From Macrostomum lignano (taxonomy: Eukaryota): DNA of 64,000 bases. Numbering within the stretch: the stretch's first letter is position 1; each line of letters starts with the position of its first letter. A program made the translations under genes and the position numbers. Shown one piece after another: positions 1 through 14,400 of this stretch. The stretch is from positions 434,001-498,000 of the forward strand of contig NIVC01000280.1 in assembly GCA_002269645.1 (NCBI GenBank), in the 5' to 3' direction. A model generated the notes under the pieces. The model did not search any database and was not told the DNA's origin. It worked only from the letters and a program-made list of their open reading frames with translations.

Positions 1-605
1 ATGATAACTGAGATCCCATCTTTTGATAACTGAGATCCCATCTTATGATAACTGAGATCCCATCTTTTGATAACTGAGATCCCATCTTTTGATAACTGAG
101 ATCCCATCTTTTGATAACTGAGATCCCATCTTTTGATAACTGAGATCCCATCTTTTGATAACTGAGATCCCATCTTATGATAACTGAGATCCCATCTTTT
201 GATAACTGAGATCCCATCTTTTGATAACTGAGATCCCATCTTTTGATAACTGAGATCCCATCTTTTGATAACTGAGATCCCATCTTTTGATAACTGAGAT
301 CCCATCTTTTGATAACTGAGATCCCATCTTTTGATAACTGAGATCCCATCTTTTGATAACTGAGATCCCATCTTATGATAACTGAGATCCCATCTTTTGA
401 TAACTGAGATCCCATATTTTGAAACTGAGATCCCATCTTTTGATAACTGAGATCCCATCTTATGATAACTGAGATCCCATCTTTTGATAACTGAGATCCC
501 ATCTTTTGAAAACTGAGATCCCATATTTTGATAACTTAGATCCCATCTTATGATAACCGAGATCCCATCTTTTGATAACCGAGATCCCATCTTTTGATAA
601 CTGAG
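1..605. repeat. 22-bp minisatellite (GATAACTGAGATCCCATCTTTT)n, runs off window start
   Basis: About 27 near-identical copies with period 22, read directly. Confidence 0.97.
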
Positions 606-1274
606 ACACAGCTGACCTCATGGACAGCCCAACCAGGTGATCATCAGTAGAGGTCCGAAGGATTGCTTTGGTTAAGTTTGGTTAAGGTCGGATTTGTGTT
701 TTAAAAGCAAATTTCTTTACAATTACAGTCCTCAACCAAATATTTCATGCACCTTTTAAGCCTGCATAGATTCTGCCAGACTCTGTTCTCTCTGTGTGTA
801 AATCTTTGTCTTTTACTTTGTTCCTTGTTCAGAATTGCGATACATTACATGCGTAGATTGTCTGTACCAGTCTCAGCCACCCTAAACCAGATTTTATCAT
901 TAAATTTAAACCAACTTATTTGACTATTTGCAATCGATTATGAATATTAATTTTTTTTATAAGCGCATGCTCCTCTGTACACATCGATCTGCTATCAATA
1001 TATCCATATATTTATTTATGACTGCGTGTGTAGTTTGTGTCATTCATCAGTTTTAGCGGTGTCTCACTGATAATCCATACAAGGTACACCTGTCACACCC
1101 ATATTAGCCGCATTCAATGCACCTGCGTTATCACCCACCCCTTCTACCTTGATTTGTACTGTTTGCCTCTGTTGAAACTTACTGTAGGGTCGCGAACTGA
1201 GCTTTTGACCTAATTTGTTTGTTAGACTGTTGTTGCGTGTCTTTTAATTTGCTGATGTTGTGGGGCCCCTCCTT

Positions 1275-1745
1275 GCATGTCATCTGTCTCCCTTGCATGA
1301 CAGTCTCTCTCCCCTCATCTTCTCACCTGTCAGCTGTCTCTCCTTGCATGACAGTCTCTCTCCCCTCATCTTCTCACCTGTCAGCTGTCTCTCCTTGCAT
1401 GACAGTCTCTCTCCCCTCATCTTCTCACCTGTCAGCTGTCTCTCCTTGCATGACCGTCTCTCTCCCCTCATCTTCTCACCTGTCACCTGTCGCTCCTTGC
1501 ATGCCCGTCTCTCTCCCCTCATCTTCTCACCTGTCACCTGTCTCTCCTTGCATGACCGTCTCTCTCCCCTCATCTTCTCACCTGTCATGTCTCTCCTAGC
1601 ATGTCCATCTTCTCACCTGTCCCCTGTCTCTCCTTGCATGACCGTCTCTCTCCCCTCATCTTCTCACCTGTCACCTGTCTCTCCTAGCATGTCCGTCTCT
1701 CTCCCCTCATCTTCTCACCTGTCACCTGTCTCTTCTGTCTTTCTC
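1275..1745. repeat. 51-bp pyrimidine-rich minisatellite
   Basis: Unit CTGTCTCTCCTTGCATGACAGTCTCTCTCCCCTCATCTTCTCACCTGTCAG. It explains the 17-aa periodic ORFs at 1219-1865. Confidence 0.93.
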
Positions 1746-2546
1746 CACTCTGACCTGTCAGCCTTCTCAGTCCCATCATATCAGTCTCACGTCTCTCCAG
1801 CGTCTCGCTCCTTTCTTCTCGTCCGTCTCATGAATGCAGACAGTACAAACCCATGCATCAGCTAGTTATTTTTTGCGTCAAATTTCCCAGTTCTCACAGT
1901 CACTGAGAGACCAAATCCTACATGCCTATAAGTTTGAGCAAGCCAACAGCACTTACAGCAGTTCCTTTGGTCACAAACCCCATCACAGCAAGCCATTGTG
2001 GATTAATTAGCTGTAGCTTTGCCAGTGTCTGCCGCGCTGTACCGTCTCTGTGTTATAAATTTAGTAAAATTATTGATTTGATTGCTTCTAGCGAAATAAA
2101 GCTTGGATTTTGTTAAGTAGTTAGCACCCTGTCATTGTTGAAGCCTAAAATAAAAGAAATAAATTTGCAAGGGAGAAATGGGGAGCATATTTACTTGGAA
2201 TTAGAGCGAGAGTTCTGATTTATTTGTTTAGAAAATTTTGAATTCTTTTGATTGGACTGAAAATCAGCAAAATCAGACGCAATAAAATTCATAAAAACTG
2301 ACGAAACTTCTGGGTAATTAGTGTAAATTTGCTGACTCTATTGGGGGGGGGGACTTTAATTAGGAGATAATTGCGCGATTCCGCAAGTGAGACGGTTCAC
2401 TCTGCGATAATTAGTCAATAATTAGGTCCCTGTCAATTATGCTGTCAATTCATTGAGCACTATACTATTGCAGTAAAAATCTCTGTGGGTAAAACCTGAA
2501 ACTCCACCCAAGCATATTCGGTAGACAGAGCACAGATCCGAAGGCC

Positions 2547-5500
2547 CTAAGTCGGTCTCGCCAGCTCCGGCATGGCCGCCAGCCGGTCCATCGCGTCCAC
2601 CTCGCAGCCGGTCAGCACATCGTAGCCGTCGCCGTCGAACCTCGGCATCAGGACGGCGAGGCCGTCGAATCCGGCGCTCGGCACGGCGAATCGCAACGGC
2701 CGGCCCCAGCCGAAGTCGGCCTCGTAGACGGGGAAGTGCACCCAGGAGGTGAAGGCCAGGTCGTTGGCGAACATCCGGAAGCCCGGCAGGATGCGCGACC
2801 GGTCGGGCCGCTCGGCCAGCCAGCGCAGGATGGAGCGCAGGTAGTCCGGCGCCGTGCCGCGCGACACCGCGGCGCGAACCCGGCGAGCCAGGCCGGCCAG
2901 GCTGAGGCCGTCGGCCACCTCGCCAGCCGTCAGCTGGTCGGCGATGTAGAAATTCGCGTTGCCAGCGTAGCCGGCCGGCAGCGACAGGCGCTGGCGGGCG
3001 TTGCAGGCCATGGCGAATTTTGTTGGCGCGTCGGCGGGCAGCCGCTTTGCCTTCGTGACGCAGCGCCACAGCAGCGCCACCAAGCAGTCGTTGGTGGTGC
3101 ACTGGACCGCGGGCTGCAGGGGCGGGCAGGAGCTGCTGGTAATTCACACTGGTAGGAACTGGCGACATCCTGACACCCACTGCACTGGCGCCATCCTGAC
3201 ACCCCATAAGGACTTTCTAACAAGGACTTTCTAACAAGCACTTCAATAGCAACAACTGACACACAACTTGAAGCCACTGACACCCCAACTTGAAGCCACT
3301 GACACCCCAACCTGAAACCACTGACACACCAAATTTGACGCTCAAATTCATAATCTCTGTGAGATATTAGTTAAAGCTGTTGAACCTCTTTAAACAGAAC
3401 AGACATCGCTTACTAACGAGTAGCATAAAATTAAGTTGAAAAGAATTTTGTTCCTCCCTACTCAGAAACTGTCACACACATTGCTAGCTATGACCCCACG
3501 TACTAGTTGAGCTGGAGAAGATTAAACAAATTAAAAATTGGGTCTCATGCAGCCCTCTACCGTTTCTGGCAGACCGGCGTCTTGATAAGATAAAAAACTG
3601 AAATAAGAAGTCAGAATAAGAACTTGTTCCTCGCTAACGTAAGGAGTGCCAACTGAAACCCGACGTGGCTAGATCACTTATGAATAACAAATAATAAAGA
3701 ACGCTCGACACTAGGCGAGTAACAAGAAAGGAGTATAAAGCGAAAATGTTGTTAAAGCGTTTGCTAAAAGTATTGTCACTCAGGCAAAAGATTTTGAGCT
3801 TAAAAGACATGAAAGGCAAAGCTTGAGTGTCTGACCTCAAACTTGACGGACGACCCTGACAACCAACTTAGCAACCCTGATAACCATAGCTTGGTGTCCC
3901 TGACAACAAATTTGGCGTCCCTGACAACCAATTTGGCGTCCCTGACAACAAACTTGGCGTTCCTGACAACCAACTTGGCGTCCCTGACAACCAACTTGGC
4001 GTCCCTGACAACCAACTTGGCGTCCCTGACAACCAACTTGGCGTCCCTGACAACCAACTTGGCGTCCCTGACAACCAACTTGGCGTCCCTGACAACCAAC
4101 TTGGCGTCTTTGACAACCAACTTGGCGTCCCTGACAACCAACTTGGCGTCCCCGACAACAAACTTGGCGTCCCTGACAACAAACTTGGCGTCTTTGACAA
4201 CAAACTTTGGCGTCCCTGACAACCAACTTGGCGTCCCTGACAACAAACTTTGGCGTCCCTGACAACCAACTTGGCGTCCCTGACAACCAACTTGGCGTCC
4301 CTGACAACCAACTTGGCGTCCCCGACAACAAACTTGGCGTCCCTGACAACAAACTTGGCGTCTTTGACAACAAACTTTGGCGTCCCTGACAACCAACTTG
4401 GCGTCCCTGACAACAAACTTGGCGTCCACAACAACAAACTTGGCGTCCACAACAACAAACTTGGCGTCCACAACAACAAACTTGGCGTCCACAACAACAA
4501 ACTTGGCGTCCACAACAACAAACTTGGCGTCCACAACAACAAACTTGGCATCCACAACAACAAACTTGGCGTCCACAACAACAAACTTGGCGTCCACAAC
4601 AACAAACTTGGCGTCCACAACAACAAACTTGGCATCCACAACAACAAACTTGGCGTCCACAACAACCAACTTGCCTACTAAATCCCTCCAGCGACGACCT
4701 TCTGCCACCCAAACAATAAAAGTCCCGCTATCTGCTGGGATCTCGCACCGAGCCCCTCTCCCTGACCTGCTCGCCCGGCTCGCTATTAACACTGTTCTTC
4801 AGTCGGGCCAGAAAATCCGCGCTCAGGTGGAACAGACGGGCCGTGAATTGCGGCGCCTGGGTTACTGGCAGCGTCGGCTTGACCTCGGGCTCGGGCGCCG
4901 GCTGCGGCTCCACGTAGGCGTACTCGCGACCTTGGTGGTCGACACTTGACGGGACGCCGTCGGGCTTCAGCACCGACCGGTCGCGGGACACCGGCGGCCG
5001 CTGCAGCTCCGGCTCGGCGGGCCGACCTCCCCGCTGTCGCAGCTCCCGGCAGATGCCGGCCCACCTGGCGTTTTTGATAGATTTCACAAGTTACAAGTTG
5101 GATTTTGATACCTTGCAAGCGTACCATCTGCTCCTTCAGTGGTTCGTGTGCTTGTTAGCTTCGCACGGAGTAACTTCTCCAAGCGCACCTGTTGATAAAG
5201 CCGAAGGCGCCGTCTCCGTCCATCACGTTATGGTGCAGCAGGACGCCTAGCGCCACCGAGTTGTCGGACAGGCGGGTCAGCTTGAACTGCGGGTGCGTGC
5301 GATTTTACATTACGATCCCAACTCAATTATCCCATCTCCGCTACCATGACCCTAACCGAGCCCATCTCACCCCACCCTCAATTCCATCTCCCCCACCCAA
5401 AACCCCATCTTCCCCACCCTCAATCCCATCTTCCCCACCCCCAATCCCATCTTCCCACCCTCAATCCCATCTTCCCCACCCCCAATCCCATCTTCCCACC

Positions 5501-6524
5501 CTCAATCCCATCTTCCCCACCCTCAATCCCATCTTCCCCACCCTCAATCCCATCTTCCCACCCTCAATCCCATCTTTCCCACCCCTAATCCCATCTTCCC
5601 CCACCCTCAATCCCATCATCCCACCCAAAACCCCATCTTCCCCACCCTCAATCCCATCTTCCCCACCCTAAATCCCATCATCCCACCCAAAACCCCATCT
5701 TCCCCACCCTCAATCCCATCTTCCCCACCCTAAATCCCATCTTCCCACCCTCAATCCCATCTTCCCCACCCCCAATCCCATCTTCCCACCCTCAATCCCA
5801 TCTTCCCCACCCTCAATCCCATCTTCCCCACCCTCAATCCCATCTTCCCACCCTCAATCCCATCTTTCCCACCCCCAATCCCATCTTCCCCCACCCTCAA
5901 TCCCATCATCCCACCCCAATCCCATCTTCCCCACCCCCAATCCCATCTTCCCCACTCTCAATCCCATCTTCCCCACCCTCAATCCCATCTTCCCCACCCT
6001 CAATCCCATCTTCCCCATCCCCAATCCCATCTGCCCCACCCCCAATCCCATCTTCCCCACCCTCAATTCTATCTTCCCCACCCTCAATCCCATCTCCCCC
6101 ATAGCAGCACCTTGCACACGAACTGTCCGCAGTCAGCGGGGCTGCCATCCAGCAGGCTGGCCGGCAGTCTGACTGGGTCGAAATTGATGGCCTCGAGGTC
6201 GGCAGCCGAGAAGTCGGCGTTGGCGGTGACCAGCCGGACCCCGCAGTTCTCGGTCACCAGTACGCAGTCACCGGTGCAGTTTCGCTTCAGCCGGTAGTTG
6301 AGATCCGGGAAGTCGACCATGGCCAGCTTCAAGCCCTCGGACAGCAAGTCGAACGGCATGAAGTCTGCCAACCCATTGGCATTCTTGAACACGTAGATGG
6401 CGGTGATGTAACAGGGCGGCATCACGGAGTCAATCGGAGACAGTGGAATCTCTGGTGGGTCGATGCCCGACCACCTGGACAGGTCTGCATGCAGCACTTC
6501 AGCTGTGCTTTCAGTGACAAGCAT
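2547..6524 (-). CDS. BAHD-family (Transferase, HXXXD-type) acyl-CoA acyltransferase, 4 exons, 458 aa
   Basis: Exons 6524-6111, 5286-5189, 5064-4767 and 3113-2547, all with GT-AG introns and consistent phases (1377 nt, ATG to TAG). Catalytic motif LLHHNVMDG (HxxxDG) in exon 2, TTNDCLVALLWRCVTKAK in exon 4, and C-terminal YEADFGWGRP (DFGWG). Length is typical of BAHD enzymes. Confidence 0.92.
3860..4672. repeat. 21-bp minisatellite in BAHD intron 3, two subtypes (CTTGGCGTCCCTGACAACCAA then CTTGGCGTCCACAACAACAAA)
   Basis: Direct inspection; 7-aa periodic ORFs. Confidence 0.95.
5375..6095. repeat. 20/21-bp C-rich minisatellite (CCACCCTCAATCCCATCTTCC) in BAHD intron 1
   Basis: Direct inspection; G-tract-rich on the sense (minus) strand. 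Confidence 0.93.
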
Positions 6525-8481
6525 TTTCTGTGTCTAATTTGCTGCAAATTTTATTCTCATTTGTTAGGACTATCAGCCAAAAATTCAGCTAAAAATAAGA
6601 ATCAACAATTCAAAATTTTAAGAGTTTAAAAACTGAAATATGGAAGTAAATAAAAAATAAAATGTTTAAATGCTTTTGCTAAATTAAAATTTCTGAGGCG
6701 AAAGATAATGCCAAAATTTAAACTTCTAAGAATTTGTTAGAATAAATAGCTACAAGCATATAAAAAAGATTTTCAAAGTGAAGCATAGATATATTTTTAA
6801 ATGTTTTTGTGGACATTAAAGCCAAAAATATAGGTAAAATACATTGTGCTAATTATAATTTTGTTTTTTATTTCACTTTGCAGAGCTTAGTATAGTCCTT
6901 CTTGGAGTGAAGCTTACACCTTGTATAGTTATTAATATTGGTAAAATGGCCTTATTTAATAGAATGAAATTAATCAAAGCCAAGAAAACAATAATCTGAC
7001 CCACTTAAAATATCATATTTTATGTAAACTCTTAATTTCAACTATTAAGGTCTTTATATGACTTAATAAAATATGCTTTTAAAGATTTGTCTTTAAACCA
7101 AATAAATAAAGTATTCCAGGAATTTGTGATGACATTAAAAGTAAGCACAAGATTAAGAATCGAATGCGCAATTAACAAAGAACAATAGGTTCCGTAGATT
7201 TAATTACACGAAAGTAGGACTACTCGTAGCTTGTTTACCTTCAAGTAAAAAGTAAGTAAATAAATATTGCCACCAATCAAGCAGTAGCTACAACTGGGGA
7301 CAAAAATTAAACATTTGCAACTACGCGTGCGCGGTTTCTTGCATTTTGGATGTTTTGAATTGACGGGAACGTTTCTCGGAAGCTAAAACGCTTTTACGAA
7401 CAATCGTATTACTTTCTTTAATTAATTATTAATTGCTTTATTAATTGCTTAACTGCTTTTATTATTTGCTTTTCTTCTGGAGACACACTGCTTCGCTTTC
7501 ATGAGAAATAAGGATATCATAAATGCTGCGGCGACTCTGCTAAAGTACACGCTATTCGTTATAAGTTACTCGTAATTGTCTAGGTCAGCTCTATCAAACG
7601 TTTAACCGGACCCATAAACAACACTGTACCCTTTAAATTATCAAAGAGTGAAGATTCTTTCTACAAAGGACAAAAAAGTGCTCACTTCTGCTGAATATCA
7701 GAAATTACACTTGTAGTGCCTTGCTCAAGAACAGGACTACAGCCATACATGCATGTATTAGGATATGCTATACATGTGCGACTTTGTGAGTCTTTTAATA
7801 CAATAGAATTGCACTGCCGTTGCCACCAGTTTCTCAGTACCCTTTTTAATGCTAAAAACAGATTGCTGTATAGATGATAATTAATTCAGTTGATTTCTGG
7901 TAATAAAACGCTGGTATAAAATGTCAATCTCCGAAATTTTTCCTTTACACCGTGTAAGGTTTTCAAAGTTTTATTTGATATACTTAACAATTTTTTTCAA
8001 AAGGAAAATTAAAATTAAAGGTCGAGGATTTGTTCCAAAAATACTTTTGTAACGGATGGTTTACATGAAATCTGAAAATATTTTCGAAACTCTAAATAAG
8101 ACGAGACCTGGATACGATGGATTTTAACACAGAGTGGAGACTGAGAGGAAAAAACTCTAAGAATGCAAAATGCCATTCATTCAAAAAATCATTCACAGAG
8201 GTGCATGCTTATCATAGATACTTTGTGCGCTTAAAAAAACAATAAAATAATTTCTAGGCAGTCAGTTTATCTTCGGATCTTATTCACATGGCTTGCATAT
8301 ATGCTTATCTGCAATTCGCTTAAACTCAATGTAGGAATTAAGAGTTATCATTGTTATACCAGCAGTATAAAGTGGCAATCGGGCAATTTTTCGCTGTATA
8401 CTACTGAATAATTCAAAGCAGCAGTACATTGAGCAAAATGCCAACATTTTACTGCTCTCACATAATAGTGATGACGTCACA

Positions 8482-11400
8482 TCACACTATCGCGGCGGCC
8501 AATCGCAGCTGCCTCTCCCGCCGGCGCCGCCTGGCGCAGGGCAGCAGCAGAGCGTCCAGGGTACGGCGCCCCATCCCGCCGGCGTCGGGTTGCGACGTTG
8601 GAAATCGAAAATCCGCGATTGCGGCCGGCCGGCCGGTGACGGGAGGCACTCGGTCGAGGTCCTGAAACCGCAGGCTCTGACTGTCCTGGATGGACACCCG
8701 GCCAGAGAAGAAATACTCGACTAGCAGCTCCGCCAGGGAGTAGCACTGCTCATACTCTTGCTGCAATGCGAGTGAACAGTGGCGAATGAATTTGGACACT
8801 TTTAGCCCAAAAACCGGCGCCCAGGAAGCAGCAGAAAGAGCTATTATCAGAGGTCAGTCACTTTCAGACGCGCTAATAAAGGAGTTTTTAGCGAAAATCG
8901 AAGGCGCCAAAAGCAACTTCTCTGCTGGCCATGGTTGTCACGCGGAAGGCTTCATCATTAGCACACCCCATGAAAGGCCACAATTTTCATACTGCACTAC
9001 TATCAGAGAGTAGGACAGATGGTGCCCAATCTCGGAAACCAAAACTCACCTGGCTGCCAACCAGCTGCGGCCGATTGCGCTTCACCTTTTCGACTGCCCG
9101 GAAGATGTCCACCTCGCCCTCGTAGCGCATCTTGTCCATGGTCATGTGCAGCACGCAGAAGACTCCGCACTTGGTCACTCCGTCGCTGCGCAATGGCGGG
9201 AACAAATTTACTTAGGGACAAAATCTTCCTAGTGATGAAATTATCGTTGCGTTGATAAATCAAACTAACCTGCTAACGACTAGTAGAGGACTCGAACCCG
9301 GGGTCTCCTCCAGATTCTGATTGGTTGACTCGGCCAGACAGGCGAGCTCGAGGAGGCCGTGACTGCCGCGACTTCGGCTGGAGGTTGGCCAGGGCGAGGC
9401 CAAGCAGAGGAAGGCCACGTGACGGACGTCCTGGGAGAAACCAGAGGGGCCCCCGCTGCCGATCTGTTGGAGTTGCGAGGTTCAGATTAAGAGTAACAAT
9501 GCCGACCGAGTGACATTGTGTTTGAGTGAAATTGTGATCGAGTGACATTGGGATCGAGGGACATTGTGATCGAGTGACATTGTGATCAAGTGACATTGTG
9601 ATCGAGGGACATTGTGACCGAGTGACATTGTGACCGAGTGACATTGTGACCGAGTGACATTATAACAGTTTTTATTCCTGTTATCTTCTGCTCACAAGTC
9701 AGAAAGAATTTCTAACACACTGGCCTCTGATGGCCCTGTTATGAGTGTGAGGCTCACATCTCCGAATCTCTCTCTGTGCCGCAAATTATTCAAGACAGTG
9801 TATTTTATAGTCAAGCAAGCAAACTGGTTTAGTTGACAAAATGAAGAGCAATGCATAGTTTGAGCGGGGCAGGGTTATCGCTCGAGCATTTTTCTCTGTC
9901 CCGCTGTTAGGCAACCATATCACCCCCCAAAGCATTGCTGCGAGTCTACTGTGTCACGCGTTCGCAGGCTGCTGGCTTGGCCTTCGAACCTCAGCTTTGT
10001 TATCTGCCCTTTAGTGTAGAGCTGGTCTACACTAGGTTCGGATAGAACCGGTCGAGACGAGAGGAGGCCGTTGTTTTTTCGCTTCGATGTAAGCACAATT
10101 CCAGTGCTTACAGACATTGTGACCGAGTGATATTGCGACCGAGTGATATTGTGATCGAGTGACATTGTGTTTGAGTGACATTGTGGTTGAGTGACATTGT
10201 GACCGAGTGATATTGCGACCGAGTGATATTGTGATCGAGTGACATTGTGATCGAGGGACATTGTGATCAAGGGAAATTGTGATCGAGTGACTATGATTTA
10301 AGTTACATTATGTAGTTATCTCGTATCTGACCTTTACGTGAGTGGCATAGTGACAGAGTGAAAATTATAACAGAAAGAAATTACTGTTGTGCAAAATTGT
10401 AGCTGTCAGAATTTCCGACTGAGTGGTATTTTGGATGAGCAGAATTGCGATACTGCTGGCAATAATTGTGTACCAGATATGCAACAAAACCGTGCCAGGA
10501 AATGCAGGATGGAGGCAGGCAGCTCTGTGTGAAATGAAGCCGTGTGAGGCTTGAGAGAAGAAGAGTACAGAAGCCCCAGACAGCATTCCGTCCGGGGCTG
10601 CGAGAACCGTCGGGGAAGAGAAGCGATTGTCGCCAAGGGGAGCAGGTTAACCATATAAGCCACTCTGTGACGCGCTGAGCCCCAAATACTCAGGAATGAA
10701 GCTGGGGTGGGCCGGTGAAGTGAGGAGATAAGCAAACACTGGCATAGGCAGATAGGCCCAAGTCATGGGAGCCGGGTTGACGGCCGGGTGGCCCAGTGCA
10801 ATTATATTATTGAAGTTCTCAGCAAAGACGTTTTCATGGAAAATATTTCCAACCACCCCGATTGCTGGAACGCTGCTAAGCTGGTTGAAGAGAGACGTCT
10901 GCTCTGAGCTGCAGAGGGGGGTAAATTTCAACTCCTCTTCCACTTAATAATGCTACTTTATTCCCAACATCTCCAAGCCGGCTTCCCTTGCAGTCGGGTT
11001 GGCTCGTCCCTATCAGTGCAGTGCAAGTAAATCTGCGTGTCGGGGCCCAATATCGCGCGGGATGCAGGGTGGCCGCTGCTCTTGGGAAACAATTCATCAG
11101 GCTTTTCATGGGTAGGGCTTTTTTGAAAAAAAATCCCCTTCAGTTTGGTCTGCAGGGTGGTTGTAGACCATGGCAGCGCCTTCTTACCCTCAATTCTCTG
11201 CTCTCTCTCCCTCTCTATGCTCTCACTTTCCAGCTCAGCACCTTTCCCCTTTTGCCCTCCAGCCTGCCAGGCCGCCATAAAGTCCACTTTTGCGCCCCGA
11301 GATCCTCCTTTGACAGGCTGGCGTGCCGCCCGCCTGTTAGATGGGGAAGCTGGAGGGATTAAAGACAGGTTTGAGCCCGACCGCCCTCTCTCTCTCTAAC

Positions 11401-14400
11401 CTCCACTTCTCCAGGCCCAAACACTGGACCTGGTGATGAATTGGGAAGTTGATTTCGTGGAACTAAGGGCCCACTCACGCTCCCAGCATCGAGAGAGATT
11501 GTACAGGCCACCGATATTTCATAGAAACTGAACTGTTGGACCAGCCGACCTTGATAGCTAATTCGTAGGAAAATAGTTTGTCCTTCAAAGAGACATTGTT
11601 TTTGGTTAGAGATAGTGGCTTTTTTATCGCTTACGAGCTATAAGATCAATCTACGAGCATAATTCTCACATGTAGTGTATATTAATAAAAGTAATATTTT
11701 TAACTGCGCCACCATATCGAGTGGGGAGTAGGTCTTATCGATTTTCCGGCAAAGGACCCCAACCCCCAACACCCCAATTTTCCTATCCCCACGTCCGCAA
11801 CCCCCCCCCCCCTTAATTAGATCTGTCTGCTAAGCGACTTACGTTAACCTCAGCGGGGAGTGGGGTGGGTGAAGTTTATCGATTAATGCTTATACACTCG
11901 GCACCCACCCCAGCCGCAGTTTTCCTACCCCGCCCGATACTCGTGTACACAGCAGCCAAGATCAGGTCTGTTAGCTGACGAATCTTTATTGACGCTCTCG
12001 TGAGATGGATGAGGACTATTGAGTTTCTGATGTTAGTCGAATTTAAACTCTAGTAGGACAAAGTTAGTCTAAGTAGCCATCCATATGCTAGAAGGAATAA
12101 AAGTTTTTGTAAGTACTATAATAATGCTAGAATTATTCTATCAGAATTCCTAACCTTTGTAACGGCGTGCATCCTGCAGAGCACACTCTCGGTGGCTCTG
12201 AACTCGTCCTGCTTGATGGCAAACACTGAGCCGAATCCCTGCTCCGAGCCGGTCTCAGCTGGCCAGAATCTCGGCTGCGAGCCGGTGCCGCCACGGCTGG
12301 AGTCGGACAGCAGCACCACCACTGACACGTGGTGATCGTGGATTAGCTTCCAGAAGTCGCAGACAGTATTCTTCAGCGGCCACTGGGTCACAATGTACTG
12401 ATTGGTCCGACTATGCCCCTGCCAGTGGTATTTTAGATAATATACTTTTAGTGGGCACAATGCTCATAGAGCATTTCAGAGTATGAACACTGGGCTATTC
12501 GTATAATTTACCGTGGTATGTCTAGAAATTTAGGGAGCTGCCACCGAGCCCTACAATTTACTCACATCAACATAGACAGCATTGATGAAGTCCGTGCTGG
12601 ACGCGCTGTCCTGCGTCAGCAGGTAGGGCCTGGCTCGCTCGGCTGAAGGTGGCGCGGAAATCAGGTGATAATTTTAAATTCAAGAACACGGAACCAACGA
12701 TCTAGCAAACTTAATGAGCAGCTTGTACTTCATTGACAGCTCTGACAAACAAAAAGATTAAAAATCATATTTGATAAATGAAGCCCGCCGTGTAAAGTCA
12801 GCTGGACGGTTTGACAGTGATTAATTAACCTGGGACGGATCAAGGATTTCGTCTTGGCTGCCTTGCATCTTCTGTCGGACAGAGGGCAACGTTGTTTCAG
12901 GCGATGATCCAGGTCGTAAGAAGGTTTTTAACAGGGCCAAGTCAAGGACCTGCCCCAGGATCTGCCTCGTCGTCGGAGACTCCAGGCGGTAGGCCACATC
13001 ATCCGCGTCGAGTCCTACTGCTCACAGTATAGGGTGCTGCTGATGCTGCAGACACTCTGAGTACCCTCAGCGAGTCTACCATTCCGTAATCCACTTTCAA
13101 TAGACGAACTACCATCAGATAGCTAATTGCGACTTGCACCTGACACCTTGATTGGGTGAACTACTGAATTTCTGAGATCAGAATCCTAGCATCAGCCCGA
13201 TGAAAACGGTACCTGGGCCAAGAAGCGTCTCAGAGTCACTTGTGTCGCCCCAGGGTCGTTTTAGAGTCGTTGCAGATGATACAGGTAAAATAAGAAAGAA
13301 GTGACGTGGGACTAAACTCTAAAACGACGAGATTTCACGTTTAAAGCCGCCGAAAAAGTCATCAAAGATTCGCCCAAAAGTCACTTTGAAGCGTTTTATT
13401 GTCTGCGACTCTGGAACGACTCTGGGGCGGTCGACGCAACTCACTCTGGCTTGACAGTATAACTACTCTGGGCGGTAGAGTCGTATTTGAGGCGTGCTTC
13501 GTGCTTGAGTCGTTGTAGTCACTGAGTTGTGTTTGAAGCGCATTTTCGTAGCTTGATGAAGTAGAGTCACATTTCTAGCGAAAGTCAAGCGTCAGCACAA
13601 CGAGTTTGAGTCGTTAAAAAGTCAAAATAGTCGCCACGGAGTCGCAAGAGGCACGAGAGAGTTGCTTGCAACGATTTTTTTAGCGATTCTCATCCACGCT
13701 AACGTTTGCAACGGGCAGTGGAGTCAGCCCAGTCAGTGCTCCTGCACCCCTCCCTTGGTAGTCCAGCTGCTAGCCAGGGACTCACGCGGCTGCACCATGA
13801 CGTCTCGACTTTTCCATCGATTCTCCGCCCGATGCCCGCCCGCGCACTCGCCGACGCTGAGCGGCTTCACCAGGCCGGCCAGGCAGGTGAACTCCGCCGA
13901 GAAGCCGGTCGCCTGGCTGCCACCCGACGGGTCGCGCTGGGCCATCCTGGCGGTCAGCTTAGCGAAGTCGAACACCTTCACGGTGGTCGGTCGGCAGGCC
14001 AGCGCCGTGGCCACAGTCTCGTACACGAACCGGTACTGGCTGAGGTTGCCCACCAGGCCTGGCCGGGCTTTGCGCAGCGCCAGCGTCTGCTGAAGAATGT
14101 CAATGGGCCGGCCGTCCTCCGCCTTGCTGACTTCGATGTCGATGCAGATGTACGTACCGGTGCGGCCCGCCCCGTCGCTGGGTCGGGGAGCGGTTTCGGA
14201 GGATTTTCAGGACTTTTCGGATTTTATGAGGACTTTGTTTAGGTAAATGTCGACGGTACAATTAAAAGTACTAGGGGCGCCAAGTTCAGGTACTAGGGGC
14301 GCCAACTAGGGGGCGCCAAGTTCAGGTTCTAGGGGGCGCCAAGTTCAGTTTCTAGGGGGCGCCAAGTTCAGTTTCTAGGGGGCGCCAAGTTCAGGTACTA

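Noticed and set aside
2547-6524. BAHD gene as fungal or plant contamination
   Set aside because: Its intron style, repeat content and codon bias match the flanking animal genes on the same contig. A long-read check is still advisable.
8786-9013. 75-aa plus-strand ORF
   Set aside because: It lies wholly within the last RPTP intron, antisense, with no motif or splice support.
10350-11480. Possible retroelement or gene fragments on the minus strand of an RPTP intron
   Set aside because: Short ORFs with no diagnostic motif; a faint resemblance to a LINE endonuclease start is too weak to call.
12700-13030. Extra RPTP exons (GLDADDVAYRLES..., ELSMKYKLL)
   Set aside because: Exons 14177-13786 and 12642-12566 already join in phase into a continuous D2 sequence, and these pieces have no PTP similarity.
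13210-13660. Cluster of GAGTCG/CGACTC motifs suggesting a MITE
   Set aside because: No terminal inverted repeat or TSD could be identified.
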